From: an uncultured Planctomycetia bacterium
Lineage (GTDB): Bacteria > Omnitrophota > Gorgyraeia > Duberdicusellales > Duberdicusellaceae
Reading direction: 5' to 3'
Length of the DNA stretch: 64,000 bases
Assembly (NCBI GenBank): GCA_964634935.1
Contig: CAZWJT010000004.1
Span: forward strand, 94,915 to 158,914
Shown here: one piece after another, positions 29,327-39,684 of the stretch
Layout of the letters: each line of letters starts with the position of its first letter
Position numbering within the stretch: the stretch's first letter is position 1
Made by a program: the position numbers and the translations under genes
Notes under the pieces: model-generated
Seen by the model: only the letters and a program-made list of their open reading frames with translations
Database searches by the model: none
What the model was told of the DNA's origin: nothing

Positions 29327-29965
29327 ATGATTACTGTCGATAAACTCTATGTATTCCTGTTTATCTCAACTGCCGTTCATCTCAGCTCGCTCTGTTTTTT
29401 ACCAAAATCTTTTTTCACCGGCACATTCAAAACTAGAACGACAAAAATAACCTTCATCCAAGAAAAACAAAATCAACGGGTGAAAATAAATCAGAAACCA
29501 CCGCCGAATCTTACCTTGAAAAGCCCGCCGGCATATATCCCAGTCAAAAATCCGCTCCTGGAAACACAGAAAAAAGATGTGTTTACCCAAAAACTAAAAC
29601 CTCAGGAAACAAGCAAGATAAAAACCGAAATAAACTTGATTACCCCGAAAGACTTTCCTGGACCGTTGCCCGCGTATATGGGCTACTACGAGCTCATCCG
29701 CAATAAGATCAAAAATCAAGCATACCAGCTTTATATGTCTTCAGCTCAAGGAAAGATGTTTCTCGCCTTTACGCTTTCCGAAGATGGAAAGATAACCGAA
29801 GTTGCGATTGATCGCGAAAAATCTTCTCCGAATACCGAGTTGAAAGATATCGCCCTCGCAAGCCTGGAGAAAGCAGCGCCATTTCCTCATTTTCCCGCAG
29901 AATTGAAAGAATTCAAAACTCTGGCCTTTAAACTTTACATAGTCTTTAAAAAAGATGATTCATAA
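29327..29965 (+). CDS. TonB-family C-terminal-domain protein (N-terminal TM, Pro-rich linker)
   Basis: TM anchor, KPPPNLTLKSPPAYIPV linker, C-terminal region with the TonB-CTD hydrophobic pattern; no exbBD adjacent. Confidence 0.45.
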   Translation: MITVDKLYVFLFISTAVHLSSLCFLPKSFFTGTFKTRTTKITFIQEKQNQRVKINQKPPPNLTLKSPPAYIPVKNPLLETQKKDVFTQKLKPQETSKIKTEINLITPKDFPGPLPAYMGYYELIRNKIKNQAYQLYMSSAQGKMFLAFTLSEDGKITEVAIDREKSSPNTELKDIALASLEKAAPFPHFPAELKEFKTLAFKLYIVFKKDDS

Positions 29966-29986
29966 GAAATAAATTCAAAATGCCCC

Positions 29987-30014
29987 TTGAAAATAACGAC
30001 AAAAAAAATATAAT
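29987..30014 (+). promoter_or_regulatory. candidate promoter TTGAAA-16 nt-TATAAT placing the transcription start at or next to the ATG of the GNAT gene (leaderless)
   Basis: -35 at 29987-29992, -10 at 30009-30014, ATG at 30021 (7 nt after the -10); no SD possible. Confidence 0.45.
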
Positions 30015-30020
30015 AGTTTC

Positions 30021-30491
30021 ATGTTGCGAAAAGCCAAAATAGCAGACACCAAAAAAATCCATACCCTCCTTACTTTTTTTGCAAAAAAGGGACGCCTTTT
30101 ACCACGATCGCTGAATTACATCTATGAGCACATCCGTGATTTCTGGGTTTATACCCACAAAACAGAGATTGTCGGATGCTGCAGTCTCCATATCGTCGGC
30201 TGGGATCATCTTGCTGAAATTAAGTCACTGGCAGTCAAAACAAACTTCCAGAAAAAAGGAATCGGGAACGAACTGGTAAAAACATGCATAGAAGAAGCGC
30301 GTGATTTGGGAATCAAGAAAATCTTCGCGTTGACTTTTGTCCCTCATTTTTTTGAACATCTTGGTTTTACTTCCATTGATAAAGCAAAGCTTTCTCATAA
30401 AATATGGGCCGATTGCATTCATTGCTCGCAATTTCCTAACTGTAAAGAAATAGCTCTGATCTATAATCTCAATTCCCGAAAAAAAGCCTGA
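30021..30491 (+). CDS. GNAT family N-acetyltransferase (ArgA-short-like)
   Basis: SLAVKTNFQKKGIGNELV acetyl-CoA binding motif (Q/RxxGxG/A), 156 aa. Confidence 0.65.
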   Translation: MLRKAKIADTKKIHTLLTFFAKKGRLLPRSLNYIYEHIRDFWVYTHKTEIVGCCSLHIVGWDHLAEIKSLAVKTNFQKKGIGNELVKTCIEEARDLGIKKIFALTFVPHFFEHLGFTSIDKAKLSHKIWADCIHCSQFPNCKEIALIYNLNSRKKA

Positions 30492-30507
30492 AACATCCCA
30501 AAAAATG

Positions 30508-30536
30508 TTGCGGAACAATAACCCATAGTATATAAT
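30508..30536 (+). promoter_or_regulatory. candidate promoter TTGCGG-17 nt-TATAAT upstream of bcd-etfBA
   Basis: -35 at 30508-30513, -10 at 30531-30536, then TAAGGAGG RBS before ATG 30581. Confidence 0.5.
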
Positions 30537-30580
30537 AGAACGATTGTTTTACGTAATAATCTAATGTAAGGAGGAATGCA

Positions 30581-31738
30581 ATGCTTGATTATGGATTCAG
30601 CGAAGAACAGAAGATGCTTAAAGACTTATGCCGCCAGATCGCCGAAGAAAAAATACGCCCTCACTCCAAAGAATGGGATGAACAAGAAGAATTTCCTAGT
30701 GAAATAATGCAGATACTCGCTCAATCAGATTTGTTTTCCCTCTGCATCCCTGAAGCCTATGGAGGAATGGGAACAAACCTTCTCAATCTCTGTATTGCCA
30801 CTGAAGAATTATCGCGGGTGGATGGAGGAGTGGCAACTTCCTATGCAGCTTCATTCTTGGGGATGTTTCCGATTCTCTTGTATGGAACTGAGGAACAAAA
30901 GAAAAAATATCTTCCCCAGCTTGCCAGCGGTAAACAAATGGCTGCATTCGCTCTTACTGAACCAGAAGCTGGCTCTGATGCTTCGGCCGTTACTACAAAA
31001 GCAGTAAAAAAAGGCAATAAATACATCCTCAATGGCGTAAAACATTTTATCACCAATGGAGGAGACGCGGGCATTTATACGGTTATCGCGGTTACTGATA
31101 AAGCGAAGGGGCCAAGAGGAATTTCTGCGTTTATACTTGAAAAAGGGATGCCTGGTTTTTCCTTTGGGAAAAAAGAAGAGAAGCTCGGAATCCGAGCTTC
31201 TTCAACGCGGGAACTCATCTTTACTGACGTCGAAGTAAGCCCTGAGAATCTCTTGGGCGGTAAAGAGGGGCTTGGATTCATCGCAACGATGAAAACATTT
31301 GATTATTCCCGTCCCGGAGTTGCTGCGCAAGCCGTAGGTATTGCCCAAGGAGCTCTTGAGCTGGCAGTGGAATACGCTCATAAAAGAGTTCAGTTTGGAC
31401 AAAAAATATCATCGTTCCAAGGAATCCAATGGATGCTTGCTGAAATGGCCACAAAGACAGAAGCCGCACGCGCGCTCGTTTATGCCATTGCTCAGGCAGC
31501 TGACCGAGGCGAGAAAAACCTTGGAACTGCTTCTGCGGCGGCAAAGTTTTTCGCATCGGATGTCGCTATGCAAGTATCCACTGATGCTGTCCAGATTTTC
31601 GGAGGCTACGGCTACATGCGTGATTATCCGGTTGAAAAATTCATGCGTGATGCAAAAATAACCCAAATTTATGAAGGAACTAATCAAATTCAGCGCTCTA
31701 TAGTCGCACTTGATCTTATCAAGCGTTACGCAAAATAA
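30581..31738 (+). CDS. bcd: short-chain acyl-CoA (butyryl-CoA) dehydrogenase
   Basis: MLDYGFSEEQKMLKD, YGGMG, FALTEPEAGSDA, catalytic-base region YEGTNQIQR. Confidence 0.9.
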   Translation: MLDYGFSEEQKMLKDLCRQIAEEKIRPHSKEWDEQEEFPSEIMQILAQSDLFSLCIPEAYGGMGTNLLNLCIATEELSRVDGGVATSYAASFLGMFPILLYGTEEQKKKYLPQLASGKQMAAFALTEPEAGSDASAVTTKAVKKGNKYILNGVKHFITNGGDAGIYTVIAVTDKAKGPRGISAFILEKGMPGFSFGKKEEKLGIRASSTRELIFTDVEVSPENLLGGKEGLGFIATMKTFDYSRPGVAAQAVGIAQGALELAVEYAHKRVQFGQKISSFQGIQWMLAEMATKTEAARALVYAIAQAADRGEKNLGTASAAAKFFASDVAMQVSTDAVQIFGGYGYMRDYPVEKFMRDAKITQIYEGTNQIQRSIVALDLIKRYAK

Positions 31739-32529
31739 TGAATATTGTTGTTTGCATAAAACAGGTACCGGATACAACTGACGTTAAAATTAACCCCGAA
31801 ACGAACACACTCATTCGAGAAGGGGTCCAATCAATCATTAATCCATTTGACGCCTATGCCCTTGAGGAAGCAATCCGCCTCAAGGAAAAATTCGGAGGCA
31901 CAACAACCGTTATTACCATGGGTCCTCCCCAGGCGAATGAAGCACTACGGGAAGCGCTTGCGCTCGGAATTGATGAAGCTATTCATCTTTCGGATCGAGC
32001 CTTTGCCGGATCAGACACCTGGGCAACGAGCTATATTCTTTCCCGCGCAATTGAAAGAATCAAAGATGTTGACATTATTATCTGTGGGAAACAAGCATCG
32101 GATGGCGACACCGCACAGGTAGGTCCAGGAATTTCCGCTCATCTCAATATTCCACAGGCAACCTATGTTCGTAAAATCGACGCAGTCACTTCGCGCGAAG
32201 ATAAAAACTATGTAACCCTAGAACGTCTTGTTGAAGACGGCGTTGAAACTATCGAAGTACAAATGCCTTGCCTTATCACCGTTGTAAAAGAAATCAATGA
32301 ACCACGCATGCCCTCTCTGAAGGGAAAATTACGCGCAAAAAAACACCCCATACCACTATGGGGCAAAAATGAGATTGCTGCGAATGATGAGAGGATCGGA
32401 CTGAAAGGGTCACCAACGCAAGTAATAAAAATTTTCACTCCTCCGCATAAGCAAGGCGGGAAAATCATCGAAGGAGAACCGGAACATATTGTAAATGAGT
32501 TTTTAAAGGATATCGGCGACTGCCTATGA
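31738..32529 (+). CDS. etfB: electron transfer flavoprotein subunit beta
   Basis: MNIVVCIKQVPDT, GKQASDGDTAQVGP; TAATG overlap with bcd. Confidence 0.9.
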   Translation: MNIVVCIKQVPDTTDVKINPETNTLIREGVQSIINPFDAYALEEAIRLKEKFGGTTTVITMGPPQANEALREALALGIDEAIHLSDRAFAGSDTWATSYILSRAIERIKDVDIIICGKQASDGDTAQVGPGISAHLNIPQATYVRKIDAVTSREDKNYVTLERLVEDGVETIEVQMPCLITVVKEINEPRMPSLKGKLRAKKHPIPLWGKNEIAANDERIGLKGSPTQVIKIFTPPHKQGGKIIEGEPEHIVNEFLKDIGDCL

Positions 32530-33725
32530 GCATACAGATTATTCTTGAGAAATGCGTCGGCTGCGGACTTTGCCTCGCGGCTTGCCCTTTTTCGGCATTG
32601 ACAATGGTTAACAAAAAAGCTGTTGTGAACCTCGATAAATGTACATTGTGCGGTGCCTGCATGGAACGTTGCAAGTTTAAAGCGATCGAGATTGCCAAGG
32701 AAGAGGTAAAACCCCAACAGCACGTAAAAGACTACAGGGGAGTGTGGGTATTCGCGGAACAGCGGGATGGGCATATCGCTTCGGTTGTTTTTGAACTTCT
32801 GGAAAAGGCAAAAACACTCGCCAAAGATCTCCAGACCTATACAGGAGCAGTACTGCTGGGCTCAGCCATACAAGAAAAAACAAAACAGCTCATAACCCGC
32901 GGAGCAGAAAAAGTATTTGTTGTCGACCACCCTGACTTAAAAGAATTTATCTCTGAGAATTATACAAACACCATAGTAAGTTTAATACAAAAGCATAAAC
33001 CGGAGATTTTCCTGGCAGGGGCAACTTCATGTGGGCGTTCTCTCGTGTCTCGAATTGCGGTTAAGATCTATGCTGGTCTTACGGCGGATTGTACGGGCCT
33101 CGACATTGATACAAGCAAAAAAATACTTATACAGACACGCCCGGCATTTGGCGGAAACATCATGGCCCAAATCATCAGCCCAAACTTTAGGCCTCAAATG
33201 GCGACCGTACGACATAAAGTAATGCCTGAGGCCATTCCTAACCCCGGCCTTACCGGTCAAATCATTCAAGAATCTTATAGCACGATCTTCACTGACAACC
33301 GGGTTAAGTTTCTCAATTTCATTCAAGAAGCTACCGCAACCGTTAACCTTTCAGACGCGGATATTATCGTCTCCGGAGGAAGAGGTCTTGGGAAAAAAGA
33401 AAACTTTGCTTTGATTGAGGAACTCGCGGAGGTACTCGGAGCTGCCGTAGGGGCATCCCGCGCCTCTGTTGATAGTGGGTGGATGCCGTATTCGCATCAA
33501 GTTGGACAAACAGGAAGAACCGTTTGCCCTAAAATTTATATCGCCTGTGGCATTTCAGGACAAATCCAGCACCTCGTCGGCATGCAATCATCAAAAACAA
33601 TCGTCGCGATTAATAAAGATCCAAACGCACCCATATTCAAAATCGCCAATTACGGATTAGTGGGTGATCTATTCGAGATAATTCCTGTGCTCATAAAACG
33701 CTTAAGGCAAGTACGCAAGAAATAG
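32526..33725 (+). CDS. etfA: electron transfer flavoprotein subunit alpha with N-terminal 2x[4Fe-4S] ferredoxin domain
   Basis: CVGCGLCLAACPF and CTLCGACMERC cluster motifs, then EtfA FAD region (SGGRGLG, GQTG, YIACGISGQIQH). Confidence 0.9.
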   Translation: MSIQIILEKCVGCGLCLAACPFSALTMVNKKAVVNLDKCTLCGACMERCKFKAIEIAKEEVKPQQHVKDYRGVWVFAEQRDGHIASVVFELLEKAKTLAKDLQTYTGAVLLGSAIQEKTKQLITRGAEKVFVVDHPDLKEFISENYTNTIVSLIQKHKPEIFLAGATSCGRSLVSRIAVKIYAGLTADCTGLDIDTSKKILIQTRPAFGGNIMAQIISPNFRPQMATVRHKVMPEAIPNPGLTGQIIQESYSTIFTDNRVKFLNFIQEATATVNLSDADIIVSGGRGLGKKENFALIEELAEVLGAAVGASRASVDSGWMPYSHQVGQTGRTVCPKIYIACGISGQIQHLVGMQSSKTIVAINKDPNAPIFKIANYGLVGDLFEIIPVLIKRLRQVRKK

Positions 33726-33740
33726 CGCGCGCCCAACAAT

Positions 33741-36700
33741 ATGCATCTAAAGTCAGTCGAAATATTCGGCTTTAAATCCTTCCCACAAAAAATCTCTCTA
33801 GGATTTGAACCAGGGATTACTTGCATCGTGGGGCCGAATGGCTGCGGAAAATCTAATGTTCTCGACGCAATTATCTGGGCCCTCGGTGAACAAAGTCCGA
33901 AATCACTGCGGGGCAGCAAAATGGAAGATATTATATTCAATGGAACCGATAAGTATCCCCCTCTGCACTATGCAGAAGTAATCCTCAACTTTGCAAACGA
34001 AGATAAAGCTCTAAAAATCGATTTCAATGAAGTGAGCATCTCGCGGAAACTATACCGCTCAGGTGAATCAGAATATTCCTTGAACCGAAGTCCGGTACGC
34101 TTAAAAGACATTCAAGAACTTCTTATGTCAGTCGGCCTTGGAGAAGGATCCTATTCATTTATACTGCAGGGAACCGTCGAATCATTTGTAACCTCAAAAC
34201 CAGAAGAGAAACGAACAATCTTCGATGAAGCAGCAGGAATCCTCCAATACAAGGAGAAAAAAAGGGAAACATTGCGGAAACTCGAAGAAACAGACAATAA
34301 TCTTTTGCGCATTGAAGATATTATCAAAGAAGTCGAGAGACAAATCAATTCGCTCGACCGGCAAGTAAAAAAAGCTCAGCGCTACCGGGAAATCCATGAG
34401 GAACTGAAGACTGTTGAACAGAATATTGCTCGCGCAAAATTGTATGCTTTACATATAGAAAGCAACCAGAATACTGAAAAAATATCTTTGCTCGATCAAC
34501 AGGAAGCAGAGTGTTTATCATCAATCAAAACCCAACAGGATGAACTCGATACCCTCAAAAATTCTTATACTCAGGCATTGGACGAGAAAGAGAAGAAACA
34601 CGAAACCCTCATTTCAGCTCAATCACAAATCAACAATTTTCTCCATACGATTGAAATCAATAAACAGAGAACCCAAGAATTTCTTGAGCGGATTTCTAAT
34701 CTCGAAGAAAATAAACATTCACGTCTCACGCAGATCGAAGAACAAAAAAGCCGAATCACCAGATTAGAGCAAGAAATTGTAAATGCAACCGAAACCGCAA
34801 AAATAAACACCCAGCAAATCGCACGGAACAACGAAGAAATCTCAACGCGAAACATTGAGATAAAAACATGCCATAAATTAATCTCTGAAACCAAAAACGA
34901 TCTACTCGTTGCCGAAGAAAAAAAGACAGAAACCTCAAATGAGCTAATCGATATTCAGGGACGATTCCACACCCAGAGTGCTCGGAAAAAGAGACTTACC
35001 CTGGAACATCTCAAGATAACAGACGAACTTCAAACACACAAAAACACCCTGGCCGAAACTACCAGGCTCATCGAGGAAAAAACACATCAGATGGGAACAT
35101 ATAAGAATTCCCTCCAGGAACTCACGAGCGCACTAAGAAATGACCAGGAAACCCTTGAACAAATCCATCTGCAGAAGAATTCACTCGAGAAGGAAATTGA
35201 AATCCTGACTTCGCAAGTAGAATTTCTCAAGGATTTGAAGATGCGGTATGAGCATTTTTTAGACTCCAAGGAAATCGAGATTATACTCGATACCCAGTTA
35301 AGCCCGGAAGCAGTTGTTATCGCCCGAGTTGAAAAGACTCCTATCATGGAAGAACGGAACGGCAAACAGACTTTCCGCTTTTCAGTCAAAGCCAAAATCC
35401 TAACCCACCAGGCTACCCAGATTGAAGAAAAAATAGCCTCACTTAAATCGGATTTAAACACAAGCATTGAGCAAATAGCAAATTTTGAATCTAAAATCCA
35501 ATCAACAAAAGACAGACTGAAAGCGCTTGAAGATAAGGCGCAAGAAACAGATAAAGACCTGGCACGCATCGTTGAATCGGCGCGCAACACCGAACTACAA
35601 ATCCAAAAAATCGAGGAAGAATTGGCGATTGTAATCCTTGATATTCAGGAAACTGAGAGTGAAATCAAAACTCTCACCGACCAAGAAGCTACACTCAAAG
35701 CTACTCTGGAAACACGTAAAGCACAAATAGAAGAAAAACAAAAAACTATACAGACCAGCGAACAAGTAATCCGTAACAACAGCGACACTATCAATAATCT
35801 TGAGATTGAGATAACCCGCCTCAATACTCAAATTGAGTCATTGACTGAAGAAAAAAGAGCTAAAGAAGAAAATATTGCTTTATTTAAACAGGATCTTGAA
35901 AAAATCATTTTGTCGTTGAACGATATTGAATCCGAACAAACAACAATTCAGGAAAAGATCAAACTCATAGAACTTGAAGAACAAAAATTGACTTCAACGA
36001 TACAATCAGCCACAGATACCATTGCCACATTGAAAGAGGCACTTTCAGTTTTTGAAAGACGCGAAAAAGAAATAACCGCTCGCGTAGAAAACCTCACTGA
36101 AAAACTGACAGAATCAACCGCGTTCGTTGAGAAAACGCGCGGTGAAACGTATGCGATTCGGCTGAAATTAAAGGACCTTGAGTTTGCGCAAACGCAAATC
36201 TGCGATTTCTTAAAACAAACCTATGCGATCGCTATTGATAGCATCCCTGAAAGCGCACCCTCTGGGATTGAAGATCTCCCGTTCGCAGAACAAACTCGCG
36301 ATGAACTCAAGAAAAAAGAACAGTCGCTCGGCACGGTAAATCTTGTGGCAATCGATGAGTTTGAAGAGCTAAAAAAGCGATTTGATTTTCTTGAAACGCA
36401 GAAAAACGATCTGATCGAATCGAAAGAAACATTGAAACGAGCCATTGCGAAAATCAACAAAACTTCGCGCGAAGTATTTCTGGAGGTATTTCAGAAAATC
36501 CAAGAAGAATTCAAAGAAAATTTCCGTTTTCTTTTCGGGGGGGGTCAAGCAAAAATATTGCTTCTTGATGAGGAAAATATTCTTGATTCAGGAATTGAAA
36601 TCATCGTTCAACCACCCGGGAAAAAATTACAAAGTCTTTCCTTGCTTTCGGGTGGAGAAAAAACCCTAACGGCCATAGCATTAGTGTTTGCAATTTTTAA

Positions 36701-36956
36701 AATAAAGCCATCGTCACTTTGCATCCTTGACGAAATTGATGCCGCCCTTGACGAATCAAATGTTGATCGTTTTAATCATATGCTTTCTGAATTTGCCAAG
36801 CACGCTCAGTTTTTATTAGTAACCCATAATAAAAAAACCATCAGCAAGGCCAGTATTCTCTACGGAGTCACAATGCAAGAATCCGGCGTATCGAAAGTAG
36901 TCTCTGTAAAACTCCTTGAATCGTTTGAGAAAGAAATCTCCCAACCGGTATCATAA
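33741..36956 (+). CDS. smc: chromosome segregation protein SMC
   Basis: N-terminal GPNGCGKSN Walker A, long coiled coils, hinge, C-terminal LSGGEKTLTAIALVFAIF signature and ILDEIDAALD Walker B. Confidence 0.95.
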   Translation: MHLKSVEIFGFKSFPQKISLGFEPGITCIVGPNGCGKSNVLDAIIWALGEQSPKSLRGSKMEDIIFNGTDKYPPLHYAEVILNFANEDKALKIDFNEVSISRKLYRSGESEYSLNRSPVRLKDIQELLMSVGLGEGSYSFILQGTVESFVTSKPEEKRTIFDEAAGILQYKEKKRETLRKLEETDNNLLRIEDIIKEVERQINSLDRQVKKAQRYREIHEELKTVEQNIARAKLYALHIESNQNTEKISLLDQQEAECLSSIKTQQDELDTLKNSYTQALDEKEKKHETLISAQSQINNFLHTIEINKQRTQEFLERISNLEENKHSRLTQIEEQKSRITRLEQEIVNATETAKINTQQIARNNEEISTRNIEIKTCHKLISETKNDLLVAEEKKTETSNELIDIQGRFHTQSARKKRLTLEHLKITDELQTHKNTLAETTRLIEEKTHQMGTYKNSLQELTSALRNDQETLEQIHLQKNSLEKEIEILTSQVEFLKDLKMRYEHFLDSKEIEIILDTQLSPEAVVIARVEKTPIMEERNGKQTFRFSVKAKILTHQATQIEEKIASLKSDLNTSIEQIANFESKIQSTKDRLKALEDKAQETDKDLARIVESARNTELQIQKIEEELAIVILDIQETESEIKTLTDQEATLKATLETRKAQIEEKQKTIQTSEQVIRNNSDTINNLEIEITRLNTQIESLTEEKRAKEENIALFKQDLEKIILSLNDIESEQTTIQEKIKLIELEEQKLTSTIQSATDTIATLKEALSVFERREKEITARVENLTEKLTESTAFVEKTRGETYAIRLKLKDLEFAQTQICDFLKQTYAIAIDSIPESAPSGIEDLPFAEQTRDELKKKEQSLGTVNLVAIDEFEELKKRFDFLETQKNDLIESKETLKRAIAKINKTSREVFLEVFQKIQEEFKENFRFLFGGGQAKILLLDEENILDSGIEIIVQPPGKKLQSLSLLSGGEKTLTAIALVFAIFKIKPSSLCILDEIDAALDESNVDRFNHMLSEFAKHAQFLLVTHNKKTISKASILYGVTMQESGVSKVVSVKLLESFEKEISQPVS

Positions 36957-38149
36957 TGGAACCAACGAAAGACATACACGAAAATACCCACGATAAAGAC
37001 GCCTTGATCAAAAAACTAAAAGAGGATGTTGCACGAGTCAATTCTGAGCTCTCAATATTCTATGAGCTTACTCAAGCAATGCGTACCACGCTGCATCTCG
37101 ACGAAGTCTTTTATATCATTCTAACGGCAATCACGGCACACCAAGGCCTAAGTTTTAATCGCGCCGGACTTTTCCTTATCGATTCTGAAACAAACTCAAT
37201 CAAGGGGACGATGGGCATTGGCGCGATTAGCGGAGAAGAAGCCAATCAGATATGGCACTGGATTGAAGAGAAAAAACGAGATCTCTACGATCTTATCCAT
37301 GAATACCATCGGATCCAACAATCACCGAACAAACCAAAGTTTTTCGAATTGGTTAAATCAATCTCTTTCCCGCTCACCAGCGCAGCCGGAATAATCTATG
37401 AAGCATTCTCTGAGGGTATGACTCTGCACATCGATCAAACTAAAGCGCATGAATTACAGAATGACCCATTAGTAAAAATATTTAAAACAGAAAATTTTGT
37501 TATTGTGCCTTTATGGGCTCAAGATAAAATCATCGGGGCTATCTTTGTCGATAATTTCGTAACGAAAAAACCAATCACGGGGCCAGAAATAAAAATCCTA
37601 AACATGTTTACTTCTCAGGCTGCCTTAGCAATTGAAAATTCAAGAATCTATGAAACAACGCTGACAAAATCTCATACAGATTCTTTGACTGGTCTCTGGA
37701 ACTATGGTTATTTTCAGTACCGCCTTGATGAAGAAATTGAAAGTGCTGCTCAAAAAAATAGTACTGTCGCGCTTCTCATGCTAGACCTCGATAATTTCAA
37801 AAAATACAATGACGCCTTTGGGCACATGGAAGGAGACAGGGCTTTGGGAGAAGTCGCAAAAATCCTAAAAACCATCTCGCGGAGAAATGACATTACATGC
37901 CGCTATGGCGGAGAAGAATTCGCGGTAATTCTGCCCAACACAAAAAAGGAAGAAGCAATCGCTATCGGAGAACGCATTCGATCTACAATCGAAAATGCTC
38001 GGCAAACATTTCAAACTACCATAACTGTTAGTGTCGGTACAGGCGTCTTTCCTGCTGACGCCCAGAATAAAGAAACACTGATAAAAATAACTGACATGCG
38101 CCTCTACAAGGCAAAATCGAGTGGGCGCAACGTAGTGATTTCTGAATAA
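36956..38149 (+). CDS. GAF-domain diguanylate cyclase (active GGEEF, RxxD I-site)
   Basis: GAF-like N-terminus; TGLWNYGYF, LDLDNFKKYND, RRNDITCRYGGEEF (I-site RRND 5 aa before GGEEF). Confidence 0.85.
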   Translation: MEPTKDIHENTHDKDALIKKLKEDVARVNSELSIFYELTQAMRTTLHLDEVFYIILTAITAHQGLSFNRAGLFLIDSETNSIKGTMGIGAISGEEANQIWHWIEEKKRDLYDLIHEYHRIQQSPNKPKFFELVKSISFPLTSAAGIIYEAFSEGMTLHIDQTKAHELQNDPLVKIFKTENFVIVPLWAQDKIIGAIFVDNFVTKKPITGPEIKILNMFTSQAALAIENSRIYETTLTKSHTDSLTGLWNYGYFQYRLDEEIESAAQKNSTVALLMLDLDNFKKYNDAFGHMEGDRALGEVAKILKTISRRNDITCRYGGEEFAVILPNTKKEEAIAIGERIRSTIENARQTFQTTITVSVGTGVFPADAQNKETLIKITDMRLYKAKSSGRNVVISE

Positions 38150-38159
38150 CAATAACGCC

Positions 38160-38789
38160 ATGGCTGACCTAATAGCGCGTTTCAATTGGGTTGATTTGTT
38201 TATTCTGCTTTTGCTCGTAAGGCTTATCTACAGCGCCACAAAAAGCGGCTTCGTGAATGAATTTTTTAAGTGCTTGGGTATCATAACAGGCGTTTTCTTT
38301 GCTTGCCATTTCTATGGTAAAGCTGCCGGATTTGTCGCAAAAAATACGCCACTTCCTCTTCAAACCGCCCAAACTCTATTTTTCTGCGGCATAAGCTTAC
38401 TCACTGTAGCTGTCTTTCGTTGGTTCCGTTTAATAGTTGTAATTCTCTTTAAGATAGAACCTCATTATCTCATTGAACGCTGGATCGCAATGTTTTTAAG
38501 CATTATCCGCTGTGCTTTTATCGCTGGTTTCCTCTATGTCGCATTTTTTCTGGCAGGATTCTCATATCCCATTCAATCGATAAAGAATTCCAGTTTCTTT
38601 CTTTTGCTCCGCGATCTTGTACCATCATACTACTCAACAACATACCATGCGCTCTATGCGAAAATCACCTCACGCGCGCAAGGAACCATAAACCAGGAGG
38701 TGCTATCCTATTATGAGATTAAAAACAATCTACCAGCTGGCAATAGCTCAGGGGATAAAAAACGACCCCAGAGGAGAAAGAAGGATTAA
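38160..38789 (+). CDS. cvpA: CvpA-family membrane protein
   Basis: N-terminal WVDLFILLLLVRLIYSATKSGFVNEFF and 4 TM segments as in CvpA. Confidence 0.55.
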   Translation: MADLIARFNWVDLFILLLLVRLIYSATKSGFVNEFFKCLGIITGVFFACHFYGKAAGFVAKNTPLPLQTAQTLFFCGISLLTVAVFRWFRLIVVILFKIEPHYLIERWIAMFLSIIRCAFIAGFLYVAFFLAGFSYPIQSIKNSSFFLLLRDLVPSYYSTTYHALYAKITSRAQGTINQEVLSYYEIKNNLPAGNSSGDKKRPQRRKKD

Positions 38790-39684
38790 AGAACTTCTTG
38801 CGGGCGTACAAAAAAGCTACGGCGAGCTTCCTGAGAGCGAAAAAAAATACTTTGACCAGGAACAACTCATAAACCCGTTCAACGATACGCGAATTATTTT
38901 CGGAAACCCTGTAGCAGAAATTAGGCACATACTCGTTGGCGTTGATATTCAAGGAGTTGAACTCCTCCTCGCGCGTACCCTCATTCAGCAAGGAGAAAAA
39001 ATCGACCTCGTTCTTTCCCATCACCCCGAGGGAAAAGCTTTTGTCAATTTCTATGACGTTATCAATCTGCAAACTGATTTATTCCAAAAACAAGGCATTT
39101 CTATGGCGATTGCCGAAGACTTGGTACACCAGAGACTTTCTGAAGTAGAGAGGAAAACCATCGCAGCAAACCATAACCGCACTTACGATATTGCCCGCGC
39201 GCTGAATATCAATATGCTTTCGGTGCACACCCCATGCGATAATATGGCCTTCACTTACGTAACCGAACTCTTCGAGAAAAAGAAACCAAAAACCCTCGAA
39301 CGTATCATTGAACTCCTGTTGCTAGTTCCTGAATATGAAGATGCGGCAAAAGGCGGCCGCCCACCAATGATTTTGAACGGACAAAAATCATCCAGAACAG
39401 AAAAAATCTATGTTGACTTTACCGGAGGGACTGAGGGGCCGGCAGCAATATACCCAAAGCTCACAGAACGCGGTATCGATACGATTGTCGGAATGCATTT
39501 TTCTGAAGAACACTACCAAGCGGCAAAAGCGAGCGGCTTACACCTTATAGTTGCTGGACATATCGCTTCGGATAATCTCGGAATCAATATTTTCCTCGAT
39601 GAACTTCACAAGCATGAAAAGATATCCACCCTAGAATGTAGTGGGTTTCGCAGATTTACGCATAAACAGAACAAAACAAAATGA
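38713..39684 (+). CDS. Nif3-like (DUF34) dinuclear metal-centre protein, tentative
   Basis: VGVDIQGVELLLARTLIQQGEKIDLVLSHHP resembles the Nif3 N-terminal metal-binding block, C-terminal AGHIASDN region; 77-nt overlap with cvpA. Confidence 0.4.
   Translation: MRLKTIYQLAIAQGIKNDPRGERRIKELLAGVQKSYGELPESEKKYFDQEQLINPFNDTRIIFGNPVAEIRHILVGVDIQGVELLLARTLIQQGEKIDLVLSHHPEGKAFVNFYDVINLQTDLFQKQGISMAIAEDLVHQRLSEVERKTIAANHNRTYDIARALNINMLSVHTPCDNMAFTYVTELFEKKKPKTLERIIELLLLVPEYEDAAKGGRPPMILNGQKSSRTEKIYVDFTGGTEGPAAIYPKLTERGIDTIVGMHFSEEHYQAAKASGLHLIVAGHIASDNLGINIFLDELHKHEKISTLECSGFRRFTHKQNKTK

Noticed and set aside
32208-32774. 188-aa minus-strand ORF spanning the etfB/etfA junction
   Set aside because: Lies entirely antisense to two strongly supported + genes, with no recognisable motifs. 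AT-rich genomes readily give long spurious antisense frames.
35087-35590. 167-aa minus-strand ORF inside smc
   Set aside because: Antisense to the SMC coiled-coil region, Ser/Leu-rich low-complexity translation, no motif.
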